From positions 1-38,340 of the forward strand of contig NMRA01001097.1 of NCBI GenBank assembly GCA_002633005.1: a stretch of 38,340 nucleotides of DNA, written 5' to 3'. Source of the DNA: Phoronis australis (Eukaryota; Animalia; Phoronida). The notes beneath the pieces are model-generated. The model did not search any database, had not been told where the DNA came from, and saw only the letters and a program-made list of their open reading frames with translations. Shown piece by piece: positions 11,391-25,599 of this stretch; position 1 is the stretch's first letter; each line of letters begins with the position of its first letter. The position numbers and the translations under genes were made by a program.

Positions 11391-14316
11391 CGTTCGCTGT
11401 GTGGGTCTTCATTGGTGTGATGGAAAACGACCGTACAAAAGGGGAACACTTTTGCACGTGACACCACGCAGCCCTTTGACAACATGATCCAATACGTTAA
11501 TATCATTGATATTTAACTGCTTATGTACGTGAATCTTCGTCTGAAAATATACATGTATAAACTGTTCCATGTCTAAGAGAACAGTTCGGCACCTGAAATT
11601 AAAACAGTTGCTTTTACCTTTGGTTGATTTTGACAATGAGGTGACAATCAGCATCGTTATTTATTCAGTTTTAATTTTGTTTAGACGCTTAGTGGGGGAG
11701 TCGCTTTTGGTATTTAAAACGTAGACTCGATAAGTATACTTCTTCATTGATTGAAAGGTTCCTGGGAGTTAAGGTGGCACTGAACAGTTGGACTGAGGCC
11801 GCAGCCAATTTGCACTCCTAAAATATTAAAATCTAAGGTTGGGCAAGGTTTGAGGGCAATTTTCGATAGGTATTGTATGCATGTCAATTGGTTTGTTTGT
11901 ATTCTCTGAACATGCTCAGAGTTTAAAAGGTCAGTTTCTTGGCTGTAGCTGCACTCTTCTTCAAGATGGGGCAACATGTTGCAATTTTGCAGTCGTGCAT
12001 CGGCAGGGAGGTGGGTTTTTGGGGTGAAAAGTGCCGATTTTTGCATTATTTTGCCCTTATTTCACTTAGTCTATTTTGCTTTCGACTGGGAGTGAAAAGA
12101 TATATACAGTGGGACCTACCGAAGTTACAAGTGTAGTTCCCAGATAGTGGTAATCATCTCGTCTGCTCATCAGTGATTGGAAGAGAGTGCGAGGAACCGA
12201 CCGTTATGTAATTTCTTCAGTAAATAGATTTTGAGAAAAACAAAAGTTAACCGAAAAAGTACCTCACAGTTACATGCAGTACAGTGTGCACCAGTATAGA
12301 ACAGTACGTAAATAATAAAAATATGAAATTATGTCCATTCCCGTTAACGTACTCTCTCCTTAGGTTTAGAAGAACAGGGGTTTTGGTGAAAGCTTTTGGA
12401 GATATTTCCGTGATAAAGATGGCACCCTCACAATTAGCTATCTCAGATCACTTTCTGTTTTCAACCACCAGACTTGAGTCAGAGCAGACTTTCGTGTAGG
12501 TGTGTCTTATGGGAAAGTCATTTAGCCATGTACGATGATTTCGAAATGTGAAAAAGCCACAGGTCTGGGGGATTTTGGGTCGTGGGTGTAGGGGTCGAGG
12601 GTGTTGCAAAGAATCCCTCAAATAGTCATGTTTTAGCATTTTTGTTGATCGTCATTCCAAATATTACACATGATGTGATACTGATTTAACAATGATTGTA
12701 TTGTAATTTTATTCAGTCATATAAAAAGAACAACTTTACCTTCTTCCAGCCTCTATTTCATCTCTGGAAATTTACCTTGGGACGCACTCATTTACGTTAG
12801 ACGCTTATGTCCAACATTAATATTACTTTATTAGTACTAAACTTAATGTGATCTTCTTAACGACAAAGCGTGTTTACGCCAGATATCACCAAAACGAATA
12901 GTGCACCGTCTTAGTACACTGTATATTTTGCACGTTTTCTGATTTTCAAACTTAACACTAACGACTGATGTCATGATAATGGGAATTTTTTAATCTTTGT
13001 CTGTACGCAAACTTCATCAAGCGGTCCCCATGCCTTTTCTTTTCTTTAAATATCACACGGGCGTGGGAAAGCATCGCACCCAGTTGCGGCAAAACCGGCA
13101 CGATATCAACGCGCTAACTTAAGAAGCCACTGATATCAAGAAACCAACTAAAAGTAATAATAAAAATTATGCGCGCAACATCGATACAGTGAAATGTCGA
13201 ATTACTGATGAAATCCACGAATTTTCTGGACGATATACAATTTAAAGCAATGGAAAATAAATCGCACATCTTCACAGAACTCCTAGTTCACAGTGTACTT
13301 GTTCTCAACGGCCGTATGCACGCAAATTCACAATTCTCACGCGATCAAAATTACGCGTGCCTTCGCTTTTTGTATCATCTTTCTATGCTATGAACAGGCT
13401 GGAACTCGTGTTTTTCTGCCATATGAAAGCAAGATGTCGATTTCCAAGGTAACTAGAAACGAAGACGAGCATAGCACTCACACAGGTACTGAATATTGCA
13501 AACAATTTTTAGATTTTCTAAGCAAAATGCTGAATATCCTTGATGTGTCTCTAAACCAGCCTTTGGCCATCAAATACACTACTGCTGATTTAGAACTCAT
13601 TTTGTTATAAAACTGTTCTCATAGTGTGCTTTACTGGGGTATGATTCCTGATTCATGTAAGATCACACATTCGGAAGCACACAAGTACAAAGAAGAACAA
13701 TAAATTTTAACATAATAAAGTCCGGGCCCTGCACCCCAGTTAACTTCAGCGATTTGGGGTTATCGCCAGGACTCTGAGCTCAATCAATTTCTCACCCTTC
13801 GGCTTGTAACGCTGTGTTCTTGTTTTTTTTATATTATATTCTGTTACTCAGTTACTTGTTAAAATTTTAGAGTATTTTCTGACACTGTTGTTGGTTAATG
13901 TTCACATACAAAAAGCGGACGCAGTGGTCGGATGATGGAATTCTTCGATGCTCTGTAACTCTATTCAGCTGTTAAGCTCTAAACCTGTTTAAGGACCAAC
14001 ATCCAATAACTTGTGACTGTATTTACATGAATTACGCATTCAGCGATTTCTTTAGATTTGGATTTGTTAATGAGTACATGTAGCACACATCACGAATTTT
14101 CATTTGACCGGTCGGCTAGGATTATACCGTGGGATGTTACGGATGGTGGTTTCGTTGCGGAAGCGTGGCTGGACGACCTATTCCAACTGCAGCAGATGTC
14201 CGTTCCTACATGTAACAATCAGAATATAAATCCAGCTTAACACACGACACCTGTTTTTACACAGTGAACATGTATATCGCCAAGACTCCTATTCGTGTAC
14301 AGTTGTCCGCATTGTT

Positions 14317-15000
14317 TTATCTCCTACTCTTTTTGCACTGTTCATAAAAGATTTTGCAGCAAAATTAAAACAGTTATATTTAGGTTCGGATAATGTTTCA
14401 TCTTTGTTTGATACCGATGATGTATTAGTATTTGCCGAAAGCGAAGGAAATTTACAGGCTTTACGAAGGTGGAATTGTCTTATTAATTTCGAGTGAGAAA
14501 AACATATCAAATGTTTCGGTTGGACTACACTGCCTGAAATAATAATCGGTAATCTGAAGTTTTGAGGAATTGGCGATTTCGGATATTTTTTGCAACTTAC
14601 ACGTACATTCAGTTAATCTCTCTCGCTATGAGAATATTTTGCATTATTTGGCTTGTAACAGGTACCTGTTTGAATGCCGTTTGAAACCAAAGTTAAGAAC
14701 TTAGGTTTTGATGAATACTGTTTTACGTTCATTTAGACTCAACAGGACTCAGGAGGTCAATTCTTGCTCAAATTAGAACAGGATCCCCCCAGCTATTGGT
14801 TAAGGTTGGGCGCTTTTGTTCTTATGATTTTCATGGTAGTATTAGTTGTCTTTGTCAAACTGGTTAAGTTGAAACTGAAGTACATGTACACTTTCTGTTT
14901 GAGTGTCCGTTTTTCTTATATGCCTGAAACAACTTTTGAACTCAAATTGAGATTCAATATCCTTTGTTTTGTGCAGAAAGCTGTGAAGGTAAATTAATAA
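14317..15000 (+). mobile_element. Non-LTR retrotransposon (LINE, RTE-X-like) ORF2 relic: RT core fragment plus C-terminal zinc knuckle, internally deleted
   Basis: 14317-14496 reads LSPTLFALFIKDFAAKLKQL.LG..NVSSLFDTDDVLVFAESEGNLQ (YADD box decayed to DTDD). ~14680-14925 reads KPKLRT*...SILAQIRTGSPQLLVKVGRF...CLCQTG*VETEVHVHFLFECP. Confidence 0.85.
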
Positions 15001-16555
15001 CAGTTATGCAAAATGTGGTATCACTAAAACTTCAGTTTTAATCAAAAATATTTTTGAAATCAGGATTTTTTATATGATCACTTTTATCATTGTGTTCTCT
15101 TTTTGGTCCCCTTGCGATGTGTGCACACTTGTTTTTTTTCTCTTTTGTTTTTTCATGTATCTAAAGTGAATAATAAGCCCCGTATAGGACTTCGTGTTCT
15201 TGTTTTCTTACGTATTAATTGTTTAAATCTACTTGAAAACATGTGACTTTAACAAAAATTACTTGTACTTACTTATTTAGTGTAACATTAAGTTCACATG
15301 TAATTCAACGTCTTACAACCAGTCGATCTACATGTATGTGCTAGGATTACAAAATGGAGATTTCAATAAGCAGTACTTCACCAGTGACCATCCCGGCCCT
15401 ATTGCACACTAACATGCTCGTGAAAGTGACGTGAACATTGATCCACAACCTGCAGCGTGGCAGGCAACGGTAAAACCCTCACATTTTTGTGTGTCACCAT
15501 ATGTACCGGCATTTCACTTTGAGCATATAACGAATGTCAAATTGTGGCTCAATATAAGTCAGACTGAGTAAATCATTGTCTCCTCATATTCACGGTACAT
15601 AGTCAGTACAGTGTACGAATTCAGTGTCCTGTTGGTTTGAAACCTGCTCGCCGTCTCAGGACATTGGCCAAAACGAAAGAAAGTGATTTTCTGAAACTGA
15701 AGAAAAATGTTACAATTTTAATGTTGATCATGAATCATTCAGTACAATAACAAATATTTATCAAAAGAAATCACCAAGTGGCATTGTATCTGGGCTAAAT
15801 ACCTACAGATAATTACAATTCTTGCTCACAACTACACAAATTAAAAATATGTTAAGATGACATGTGGTTGTGAACGTTAATGACTCATTTCCATTCAAAA
15901 TAGTTTTTCTACTTTTATACAATTTATCAACTCAAACAAAAATATTTAATGTTTAAAAAAAGTTTTGAAACTACAAAGGAAAGACATAAACAAATGATAT
16001 GACACGTCAATATGACAATGTGGCAGTAACGTCATGACAATTACAAAGGCGGATTTACGGGCCCAGAACAGCCCCCCTGCTCCAAGGACACGGTCAAACA
16101 TAATGAAAAGTTTCTGTCATTCCGACGGTACAGCTTCAACAGGAGTTGTCCTATAAATCATGCAGTTGCTCCCCCTTACGGCATCCTCTATTCGCTATTC
16201 CTTAACACACATGTACACCCAGTACAGAAGCCACAAAGTTAGCAATGATTGGTAATACACTGTAGCTTGAAAAATTCAGACGCAGTTTCCCAAATTTGTA
16301 TCTCCTCTTCAAGAGTGGATGTGCCCAAATCGACATGTTTCTCACATTTTGTACAATCATGGGTATTTAAAAGTTCTGTTGTTCCTCGCCTTGGAGGGTT
16401 TGGTCGCTATCAAGGGCATCATAAGCAACAATCAAAAGCAGATTCATAACCATAAGTCTAAAATTTTTGATTCTAATGACTTGCTGAATGACGTCATTAA
16501 TGCACTCACGAAGAAGTTGCCTAATGTCTCCATAGCAGCTTGTCATTTTACAAAA

Positions 16556-16649
16556 GTACATTATAACTGACAGTCATGAATTGAGAGCATTATAACTGGC
16601 AGTCATGATTTGAGTACATTATGACTGGCCGCCATGAATTGAGTACATT
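16556..16649. repeat. 29-bp minisatellite, ~3.2 copies
   Basis: Unit gtacattataactg(a/g)cagtcatgaattga starting at 16556, 16585 and 16614, partial at 16643. Confidence 0.9.
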
Positions 16650-17216
16650 TCTGTTACCGATATATGTGGATTATAAAAAAATATCTGCACAATTTGCGTA
16701 GCTACATGTACGTGTGTATATACTGTCTTCACTGTTTTGCATTGTGTCGATGATAACTCATTTATACGATGTTATTATTGCTCCAAGAAAATGTTTTATT
16801 TCTGAATTTTATTTTGATCTAATGTATCCGAATAATATGTTGAAAAGCAGGAGCGAAGTGTTGATATGAGCCCACGACATTAACTGTGTTTTAATGGTGT
16901 GGCCATTAGATAGAGGAGAATGCATCAAGCCAGTCAGGATATGGAAAAAGTATCGTTATCTCTCTATTACAAAACCATTTGTAAAAGTATATTAGAAGTC
17001 AACCACAACTGCAAAAATACTAAGGCCTTATTGAAGGCACACTGGGGATCAAATCGCCAGGTAAGGAACAGACTTGACGAATTTTGATCCAGTAAGGGGC
17101 ATTGCAGTCAGCCGCAAATGTAAATACTATAACCATTTTATTTTACTGGTGTTGATCCTCAAGTTAATTGCCTCGGTCCAATGAATAGCAATGGACAATA
17201 CTGTGGCACGTGTATA

Positions 17217-17451
17217 CATCAACAGTTGACACACAGAAGACACTGTCATAGGCATAGGCCTGTACAAGTACATGTGCAAGCATCAACAGTTGACACACAG
17301 AAGACAATGTCATAGGCATAGGCCTGTGCAAGTACATGTGCAAGCATCAACAGTTGACACACAGAAGACAATGTCATAGGCATAGGCCTGTACAAGTACA
17401 TGTGCAAGCATCAACAGTTGACACACAAAAGAATGTCATTGGCATGGGCCT
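17217..17451. repeat. 64-bp minisatellite, ~3.7 near-identical copies
   Basis: catcaacagttgacacacagaagac... starts at 17217, 17281, 17345 and 17409. Confidence 0.95.
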
Positions 17452-17982
17452 TATGTAGGCGAAGTGGATCCAACTTGTGGAGCTTCTCTAGTGAGACGAG
17501 CCTTCAGACAAAATATTGTTTTCTCAAGCTTATCTGTTGCTGTCTGATTGCTCAACGAGTACATATTACATCTCGTAAGCCGTTTGATAACCGCACATTT
17601 ATTACATCTCCATAGTGACTGAACTGAGTACTTGTAATACGTGAAAGGTGCTCAATATCCATGTTGGAAGACGTACAGCATGTTTGCTATGCAATTTATT
17701 GTGACGTTTCAACAGAGATGCCATTATGCTTTGATTTATTAACCGATGGAACCGGAGAAGAACATTTAAGACTAATTTTCTCTGAAAGTGCAAATTTCAC
17801 AAAGTGATCAGATTGAGATATGCAATTTTCATCATATTTTATGCATACTTAAAGACATGTGTGTGAAAGCAAATTATACCAAACCCAACAGCAAAGGATT
17901 GCGTTGCAATTTGAAAGTTTCTGACGGCAATTTTTAGGCCAAAAAATAACAAAAGTCGGTTATTCTGATCTGCAATAGTAAT

Positions 17983-20008
17983 ACAAGAGCAACGCGGAGC
18001 GTTGAAATGCGCCCACAATTGCACCGCATACGGTATCCTTCTAGGGTTGTTTATTGGTACCATGAAGTGGCCAGTAGAGGGCATACTTTGCAAAATGGAA
18101 AGGCATGGTCATTGTCTCCTCAATAGGCTAGGGGCAAAATGTGAGTAATCTTCATAATACAAGCACATCCTATACACCAGTTGCTTAAAGCACCACAGAA
18201 ACATAGAATTAAAAACAAATTTACCAACATACGAGATTAGCACAGCATTAGAATGCCAGAAACAAATTTCTACTTGGAACTTTTCCTTCACAGTCACGAA
18301 GTAACACAAAGTATACACCTGAAGACCTATGAAAATACAGAGGTCAATGTAAAATACTAAAATTGCCACTAGAGGCAAATACTAAAATTGCCACTAGAGG
18401 CATACCGGTAATCAGAATCATCCTAAAGTCGTCATCGTCCGTTGTCAACATCACATAAATACACTTGCTAAATTTAGTAAAGATCCTGCAAACGGTTTGG
18501 GAGATACAGCCATGGGCGCAAAAAAACAAAACTGCCACTAGGAGGCGCCACAGTAGTCCAAATCGTCTGAAAATCATTGTCAGCTGTCTTCCTTATAGTA
18601 AGCACATACACGCCAATTTTCACAATCATCCTTTGAGCGGTTTGGTTGATAGAGGGGTGGACGCAAAAATACAGACTCGAAAACAGTAAAAATGGCCACT
18701 AGGTGGCGCAAACTACGTCGAATCCATCTGAAAACAGTAGGATAGCGTCATCTCACTAATAGGTGCCTACATACCAAATTTCATGAAAATCCGTTCAATA
18801 CTTTTGAAGATACAAAGGTAAGCGTAAAAAACTAAAATTGCCACTAGGGGGCACACCGGTAGTCGGATCCGACCAAAAGTCGTCATCTTCCGTTGTTAAC
18901 ATCATATAAATATACTTACACAATTTGTAAAGATCCTGCGAACGGTTTAGGAGATACAGCCATAGGCGCAAAAAAAAAACAAAAATGCCACTAGGAGGCG
19001 CCACAGAAGTCGAAATCGTAGGAAAATCATCGTCAACCGTCCTCTACATAATAAGCATATACATGCCAATTTTCACAATCATCCTTTGAGCGGTTTGGTT
19101 GATAGAGGGGTGGACGCACAAAAACAGACTCGAAGACACTAAAAATGGCCACTAGGTGGCGCAAACTATGTCGAATCCATCTGAAAACGGGAGGATAGCG
19201 TCATCTCACTAATAGGTGCCTACATACCAAATTTCATGATTTCATGAAAATCCAATAAGGACTTGTGAAGATACAAAGGTAAGCGTAAAAAATTAAAATT
19301 GCCACTAGGGGGCACACCGGTAGTCGGATCCGACCAAAAGTCGTCATCTTCCGTTGTTAACATCATATAAATATACTTACACAATTTGTAAAGATCCTGC
19401 GAAGGGTTTAGGAGATACAGCCATAGGCGCAAAAAAAAACAAAAATGCCACTAGGAGGCGCCACAGTAGTCGAAATCGTATGAAAATCATCGTCAACCGT
19501 CCTCTACATAATAAGCATATACATGCCAATTTTCACAATCATCCTTTGAGCGGTTTGGTTGATAGAGGGGTGGACGCACAAAAACAGACTCGAAAACACT
19601 AAAAATGGCCACTAGGTGGCGCAAACTATGTTGAATCCATCTGAAAACGGAAGGATAGCGTCATCTCACTAATAGGTGCCTACATACCAAATTTATGAAA
19701 ATCCAATAAGGACTTGTGAAGATACAAAGGTAAGCGTAAAAAAATTAAAATTGCCACTAGGGGGCACACCGGTAGTCGGATCCGTCCGAAAGTTCACACA
19801 TGCCGTCCCATTCATGAATGGAACATATGTGCCAATATTCATGAACGTATGTCAAAGGGTTTTGGAGATAGAGCAGCGGACGCCGGACGCCAGACGCCGG
19901 ACGCCTGACGGACGCCGCCCGGACGGACGGACGGACGGACGGACGGACGGACGGACGGACAGAGATGACGGCATAATGCGTCCACATATAAATATGTGGG
20001 TGCATAAA
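17983..20008 (-). mobile_element. Non-autonomous Helentron-associated element (HINE / DINE-1-like), structurally complete
   Basis: Read on the - strand: T-run, subterminal IR folded into a hairpin (plus-strand atgcgtccacatat/atatgtgggtgcat, 19976-20005), (GTCC)10 microsatellite (19921-19960), central tandem repeats, second subTIR (atgcgcccaca, 18007-18017), 3' stem-loop caacgc-gga-gcgttg (17990-18004), CTCTTGT end. This is the canonical HINE layout. Confidence 0.88.
18345..19790. repeat. Higher-order tandem array inside the HINE: ~450-bp unit x3+, each unit built from three ~150-bp diverged subunits
   Basis: The landmark ccactag(g)gggca at 18391, 18841, 19302 and 19754 gives periods of 450, 461 and 452 bp. 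There is also a local 25-bp duplication at 18352-18401. Confidence 0.95.
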
Positions 20009-21233
20009 AATGGAATACAATTTAGATTGCTGATATATATGATCATTTAACTTATAAAGCAACTGTTGCGCTAAAAAAACAACAATGTTGTCAATGGAGA
20101 AAGGCGAAAAGAGTATGCGTTTTGTGGGCNCCCCCCCCCCCCCCCCTCCCATGTAGCCAAATTGTCTTCCTTTGTAAACTCCATCACATCTCGACTCAGC
20201 AGTATACATTTCATATGCTAGGAATTCGTGATCTCACTTCGTTTTCCTTTTCAAAGGGTAAATCAAATTTGCTGAGAATTTGCAGCAGGGATGGCGAGAA
20301 ATCGTGCCCTTTACACAAAAGAGTACCCACCAAATTCCTCGACAATTCAAAAGATGCTCAAAATTCTTCCTCCTGAGTTCTGTCTGACGGTGTTTCCATG
20401 CCGTCATATGGTAACTTGAAAAAGTGTACATAGAATACAACAGCCTTTGATCGTCAACATTTAATAGCATGGGATACGCGAATACGTGTCGAGCCATGGG
20501 TATAAAACGCGTTACCAATAGAATGTGAGTGCTAGTCTGCCCGTAGAAAGGTTTGAATATCACAATGCAAGTCGTAAAAATTTGTAGTTTACTTTCTATA
20601 GTAACATACTGTAATTTTCGTAAAGAGTGTTCCAATCTATGTTAACACACACGCTACGTTGCTGCATGTATAACAAGCGCTGAAGGGGCAGGAATTGATG
20701 ACGAACTACAAGAGGTCATACTGTATATACTGCCACCCACGTTTTCAAATAAGTTTTTCATACAAAATAACAGAAATTTAACAACAGAAGTGAGGAGAGA
20801 AGCACCTGCCTCCGTTTTCACACTCCTTATATGTGCTTGGCTGAAATTTACAGTAAATTTCAGGGGGTCTCCAAAAGATATGCCAAAAGGTGATTATTAT
20901 ATTTTTAGGTATTTGCATATCCTGGAAGTGCTTCCATAGAATGAAAATTTCAGTTAAATTTGGTCTTACGTCACTAATACAGAGGACTAGAGGCGGTCTT
21001 GGAACTATTATAAACAAAGGATTACGCTAGAATCTATATGTGATTGAATTCGCAAATCAATCTCCTAAGTATTCAATAGTAGTGCATTCAATCAAGTAGA
21101 ATAATGTTATTGCCTACTGCATTTAAAGTAAACTTCGTAATTCGTTAAATAATTCAACTAGATGTCCGCATTGCAAAAACATGAGAGCACATCCTCGGCA
21201 CTTTTCAATTCGTATTATCATCAATTTATTTAA

Positions 21234-21455
21234 ATGTCTTTATTAAACGTTTCCATGAACCTTTACAATCGTGTGAACACGTCACAAAACCTGTTTTGCC
21301 AATCTGATATATTAAATATTAACTATAAACGTACCATGGAACTTACAACTGTTTATACATGTCACAAAAGCTTCCTCGCCCATCCATTAAAAGCAATATT
21401 TACTATAAACATCCCATGGATCTTACAACTGTGTCAACACGTGTCAAAACATGCT
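21234..21455. repeat. Degenerate ~80-bp tandem repeat, ~3 copies
   Basis: taaac.t.ccatg(g)a.cttacaa recurs with ccatg at 21253, 21334 and 21414. Confidence 0.7.
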
Positions 21456-24400
21456 AACCTGCTATAATTTGCATTGACATCAGTTGCACATCGATTTTAC
21501 CTCTGACTATTTTTTCCAGTAATTCATTTCCTACGTCGGAAAACAAGCGCCATCGATCAGGTGTTTACCTAAACTATAGGTCGAATTTTTCAATAGGCTG
21601 GTCGATCAATGTGAGATAAGACCAATACTTTTAATTAGAAAAACATAATGACATGTCTCTTGCTTTAAATTCCTGACGCTGAAACACATAAAATATGGAT
21701 GAAAGAAATATTCGATCGATGAGCATTGATTAAGCTGTCTCTCTGCCATTGCAGTTTTAATTCTTGATTACAAGGCGGAAATGTTTTGTATGAACTGCCT
21801 TATTATCAGTGACGCAATATCCAATGCCGGGGATGCAAACTTGTCTTAGATGTACAATAGAAAACGTTGGGTTTTAGGCCTTCTCCAATACTACAGGCAT
21901 TTCTATTGGCGGATATTCGAAAAACGGCTCTTCAAAAACGTAAAATGTTGTCTCCCGTATTTTTGTAAAGGAACAATATTTTAGGAGATTGTATCAAGCA
22001 TTCTGTGTTCCAATTTAAATCTTTTTATCTATGGTAGTTGTATTGCACTAACAATTATCAAGCCTTTAATTTTCACTCGGTGAGCACAGTTTATAACTTT
22101 ACTTTATGCAGTGCAAATACAGTTAGTTACTAACAAAATTCCAGTATATCTCCTTAAATGATAGTCACGTGTGTGATCAAGAATACAACATCTGGCCAAA
22201 ATAAACAATATTTAACAACCACCTACATTACATAACAATTTTACACTGGGCGCTATTACAAAAGTATTTTAATACTTTCCAGAAAGATTTTAAAAGAGAT
22301 GCGCCCGATTGCATAATTTTGTAAAGTTATCCCAAAATATGCCCACGGGCTCAGTTTAGGCTGCATTTATTTTTNTGTACGTTTACAACATGTAGCTGTT
22401 GAAATGTATCATTTAGCGAACTCCATTCACCAAGCAAGAAAACGATCGCTGTTGGGTAGTAGAGTCCATGTAAATGGTAAATGTACTTATTTATCCCTCA
22501 TTTTGTGTGGTTGATAATGTTGCTTTAGATTACAGTGTACATACTTGGACGTATATCTTATTTGTATGTCCTTGTAGTGGTTGGTGTGTTAGCATTTACA
22601 AAAAGGTTCCCTGCCATGAAACGCTATTCTTCTATTAAGTGGTTGCTGTGTTATAATCTGAAGAAAATTTACCTCTTCTTTTGAGTTAAATAAACACTTC
22701 CGCTTCATTTCGTAATGTTGGCTTTAACACATGATGGTTCAGCTAAAATTTAAACCCAAATAATTCTAATCTTACACAAGCTAAAATATTTTCAAATTTA
22801 ACTGAGCTTTCAACTGTTTTTTAGGTCATTTTTATTTCGGAAGTGCACCACAGTCTAAATTGTCATCGTTTTGAGAAAGACCTAACACTTTGCAACTAGA
22901 TGTTATACATTTGTGTTGTCAATACATGTAGGTTTGACAGTTTGATTTTTAAAGTCCTTATTTACTCTAACTAAATATTTTTAGACTTTTGCATTCCCTT
23001 AAATAAAATATAGAAGACTCTTATAAATTAGGTTATCCCATCTGTGGGGAAATATGCAGAGTGCAAAGTTGCTTTCCAAAGACGTTTAAACATGGATTGA
23101 CGAGGGTTATCAAAAGGTAACCTCTTTGTACATATTTAATGAGTTTCAACTTGAAAATGTTTCTGGGAAGGGCAAGAACTTTGCTTTTGACGAAGTTTGA
23201 CGGAAGTCGGACGGTGTACTAAAGAGCATTGAGACCCGATTTTGAATGAAGAAATGCGATTCAAGCGGATCCGAATAGCTATTATCAATGTGTATTTCTA
23301 AGGTAACTGAACAGATGAAATTCTTTTGCAAAATGTTTTCACTCTGTTGCAAAATCAGATGGAGAGAGGGAGTCTTAGGTAAATAGTGCACGTTAGCGGA
23401 GACGTCTATTGAACGGGGACCAGAAAATGTATCAAGTGAAAAAAACGTCTTATCAATACAATTAATACACAGAGTGAAGATGGTGTATTATGTATGAGTG
23501 AGGTTAATATTGATCAATAGTTCACAGATAAGAAAGCAAGATGTGGGACATGTTTGTTGAGTAAATAAGTGATATCCATGGAACAGTCCATCGGTCCCAA
23601 GAATTTCAGCAGTTGCATCCATACACGTATCTACAGATCAATTGCCAATGTTTGTTTGCTTAACATTGAGCCATTGGTTGACAGACCGTTTGCAATCTAT
23701 ATGTTTTAAGTGTCTATTAGATCTGTGGGAACGTTTGATGACCGTGTACGCCATGTCTAACTGGTTATCGTACTCATAGACTTCTGCCCCTTTTGCTTAA
23801 AAAATAAAACTCCTAAACTGTAACGGGCTAAAATTGACAGGAATGCACATTAATACGAAAAAATTCTAAAACATCTTGCTAGAGGGCTTCAACAAGCGAG
23901 GAAGGCATCATCGTCCTTACAGCACAATTTGAGAAAATGTCGCAACTAATGAACGCCTGAGTATATTCAACAGGCGAACTGTGTATATATCGGTGACAGC
24001 AAAAATCAAGTACACCCTTTCTGAAACAACTCTTCATAAAATTGGTGTTTCCGTGAGTCATGACGTATTTTGGTCACGAAATTAGGTCACGTCTCGTACC
24101 TGTATGTCCTTGTACCATCCACCAAAAACTCAAATAGCGTTGTAGCGGAAGGAATTTTGAGAAACCTCACTCCTAAGGCAGTGTATCCTGGGCCCTGTTA
24201 CAGTAAACTTAATTTTCAAAGCATGAACCTAGCTAAAAAGTTGCCTGTTCCCAAACTTAGCCACAATAAAACGAATCCTGACGTTGGGACTCATCTCTAC
24301 ACTTCGAAATAGACGAAGCAGTAATCGAAGTTTCCGAGATGAAGTTCTTCTTACTCCGTTCCAAGGTGATTGTGATATTACCGGACGTATTTCTTCGGAT

Positions 24401-25599
24401 TTTGCAGTGCCCTGTAGGAGTTTATTGAGTTACTTTGGCTGCGTATAAATCTAATTTTGGCATTATATATCTGTTTGTTAATAATTCATTCAATTTACAT
24501 ATTATGAACTTAGGTCGAAAAAGTGTTATTTTGCTTGTGCAATTTTGTTGAAATAAAGGTAGGCCTGTCCATATTTTTGGTGGGTTTGACCTGCAACAGG
24601 GGACTGGAGACAAAGAGAAAGAATGACGGCAACTGGATGGTGGGAGGATTGTGTTTTGATGCTATCTTTCTAAGGGCCCAAAGGCAGGAGTTTTTCAATC
24701 GGTCCGCTTTTACAATGGTTGGTGGCCCACGTTTTGTAAGTCTCCTGGAAAAAACTTTTTGAGAATACTTTTAAAGGCCTAACATGGTGCTAAAATGATC
24801 ATATTTACATCTAAGATACGTGTATTGACGAAAAACATCAAAATACGGTGTAATAGCATACCTATACAATAGCCACATCACGGACTCCTTTAGCGCCAAA
24901 AAACTGAGATGGCGCTTGCACTAACCGAAGTCTATGAAATCATCGTTACAACGAGTTGACTTTCACCGAGTCTCCATCGTATTGGAATCAGCGATGACTG
25001 GCCGTTTAATTTAGTGCAAAATACGTGGAAAATCAAGGAAACACGTTAGTTGTTTATTTCATGTCAATATATATTAAAATCGATCATTACCTTTATGCTT
25101 TTTATTTAATTATTTAGCACACATTCCAACACGGGCCCGTATGGGGGTCGCCGAAACAGCCGGAAAAAAGTCTTCGTCCGAGTTATTATCAGACAAATTC
25201 ACAATGTTTATTATAAAGTGTCATTTGCTTTACACGAAAACTTTGATGTTAAAAGCTTTGCAATTATGTCTTCTTGAAGCCGAAGGCGTGAACGCTGCGC
25301 GATTCAAATACATGTATGGGCCTCTGCTGAGGGTGTCTCCTATAAAGGAATCGGAAATAAAAGGCCGTTTAATTTGGTGCAAAATACGTGAAAACGGTAC
25401 AGCACATTAGCTTGATCATTTCGAACAAAGCAATTATATTCAAATTCACTGAAAATTTTATATTATAAACTTAACTTTCAAAATAATTTGTCTTGAAATC
25501 CTGCGACCAGTAGTCGGCGTGATTTTGACTCGGTCAACCTCAAAAGATTGAAAATTTTATAGCGACACAACGTTTCGAGTATATGAAATAAAAAGCTAT

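Noticed and set aside
11768-12915. Kolobok-like MITE starting TTAA-GGTGGCAC
   Set aside because: I could not find a matching inverted terminus.
15345-15470. Alternative phase-1 exon continuing the DED gene (GLQNGDFNKQYF...)
   Set aside because: Weak acceptor without a pyrimidine tract, an in-frame TAA and no recognisable domain.
17217-17451. CRISPR-like array (also considered for 27294-27747 and 18345-19790)
   Set aside because: Units are contiguous tandem copies with no unique spacers, and there are no cas genes.
20129-20150. G-quadruplex or regulatory poly-C tract
   Set aside because: It is a simple homopolymer containing an N, so its length is unreliable.
19676-20209. Longest ORFs (124-150 aa, with DGRT/SVRP repeats)
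   Set aside because: They are translations of the (GGAC)n microsatellite and poly-C tract at the HINE end.
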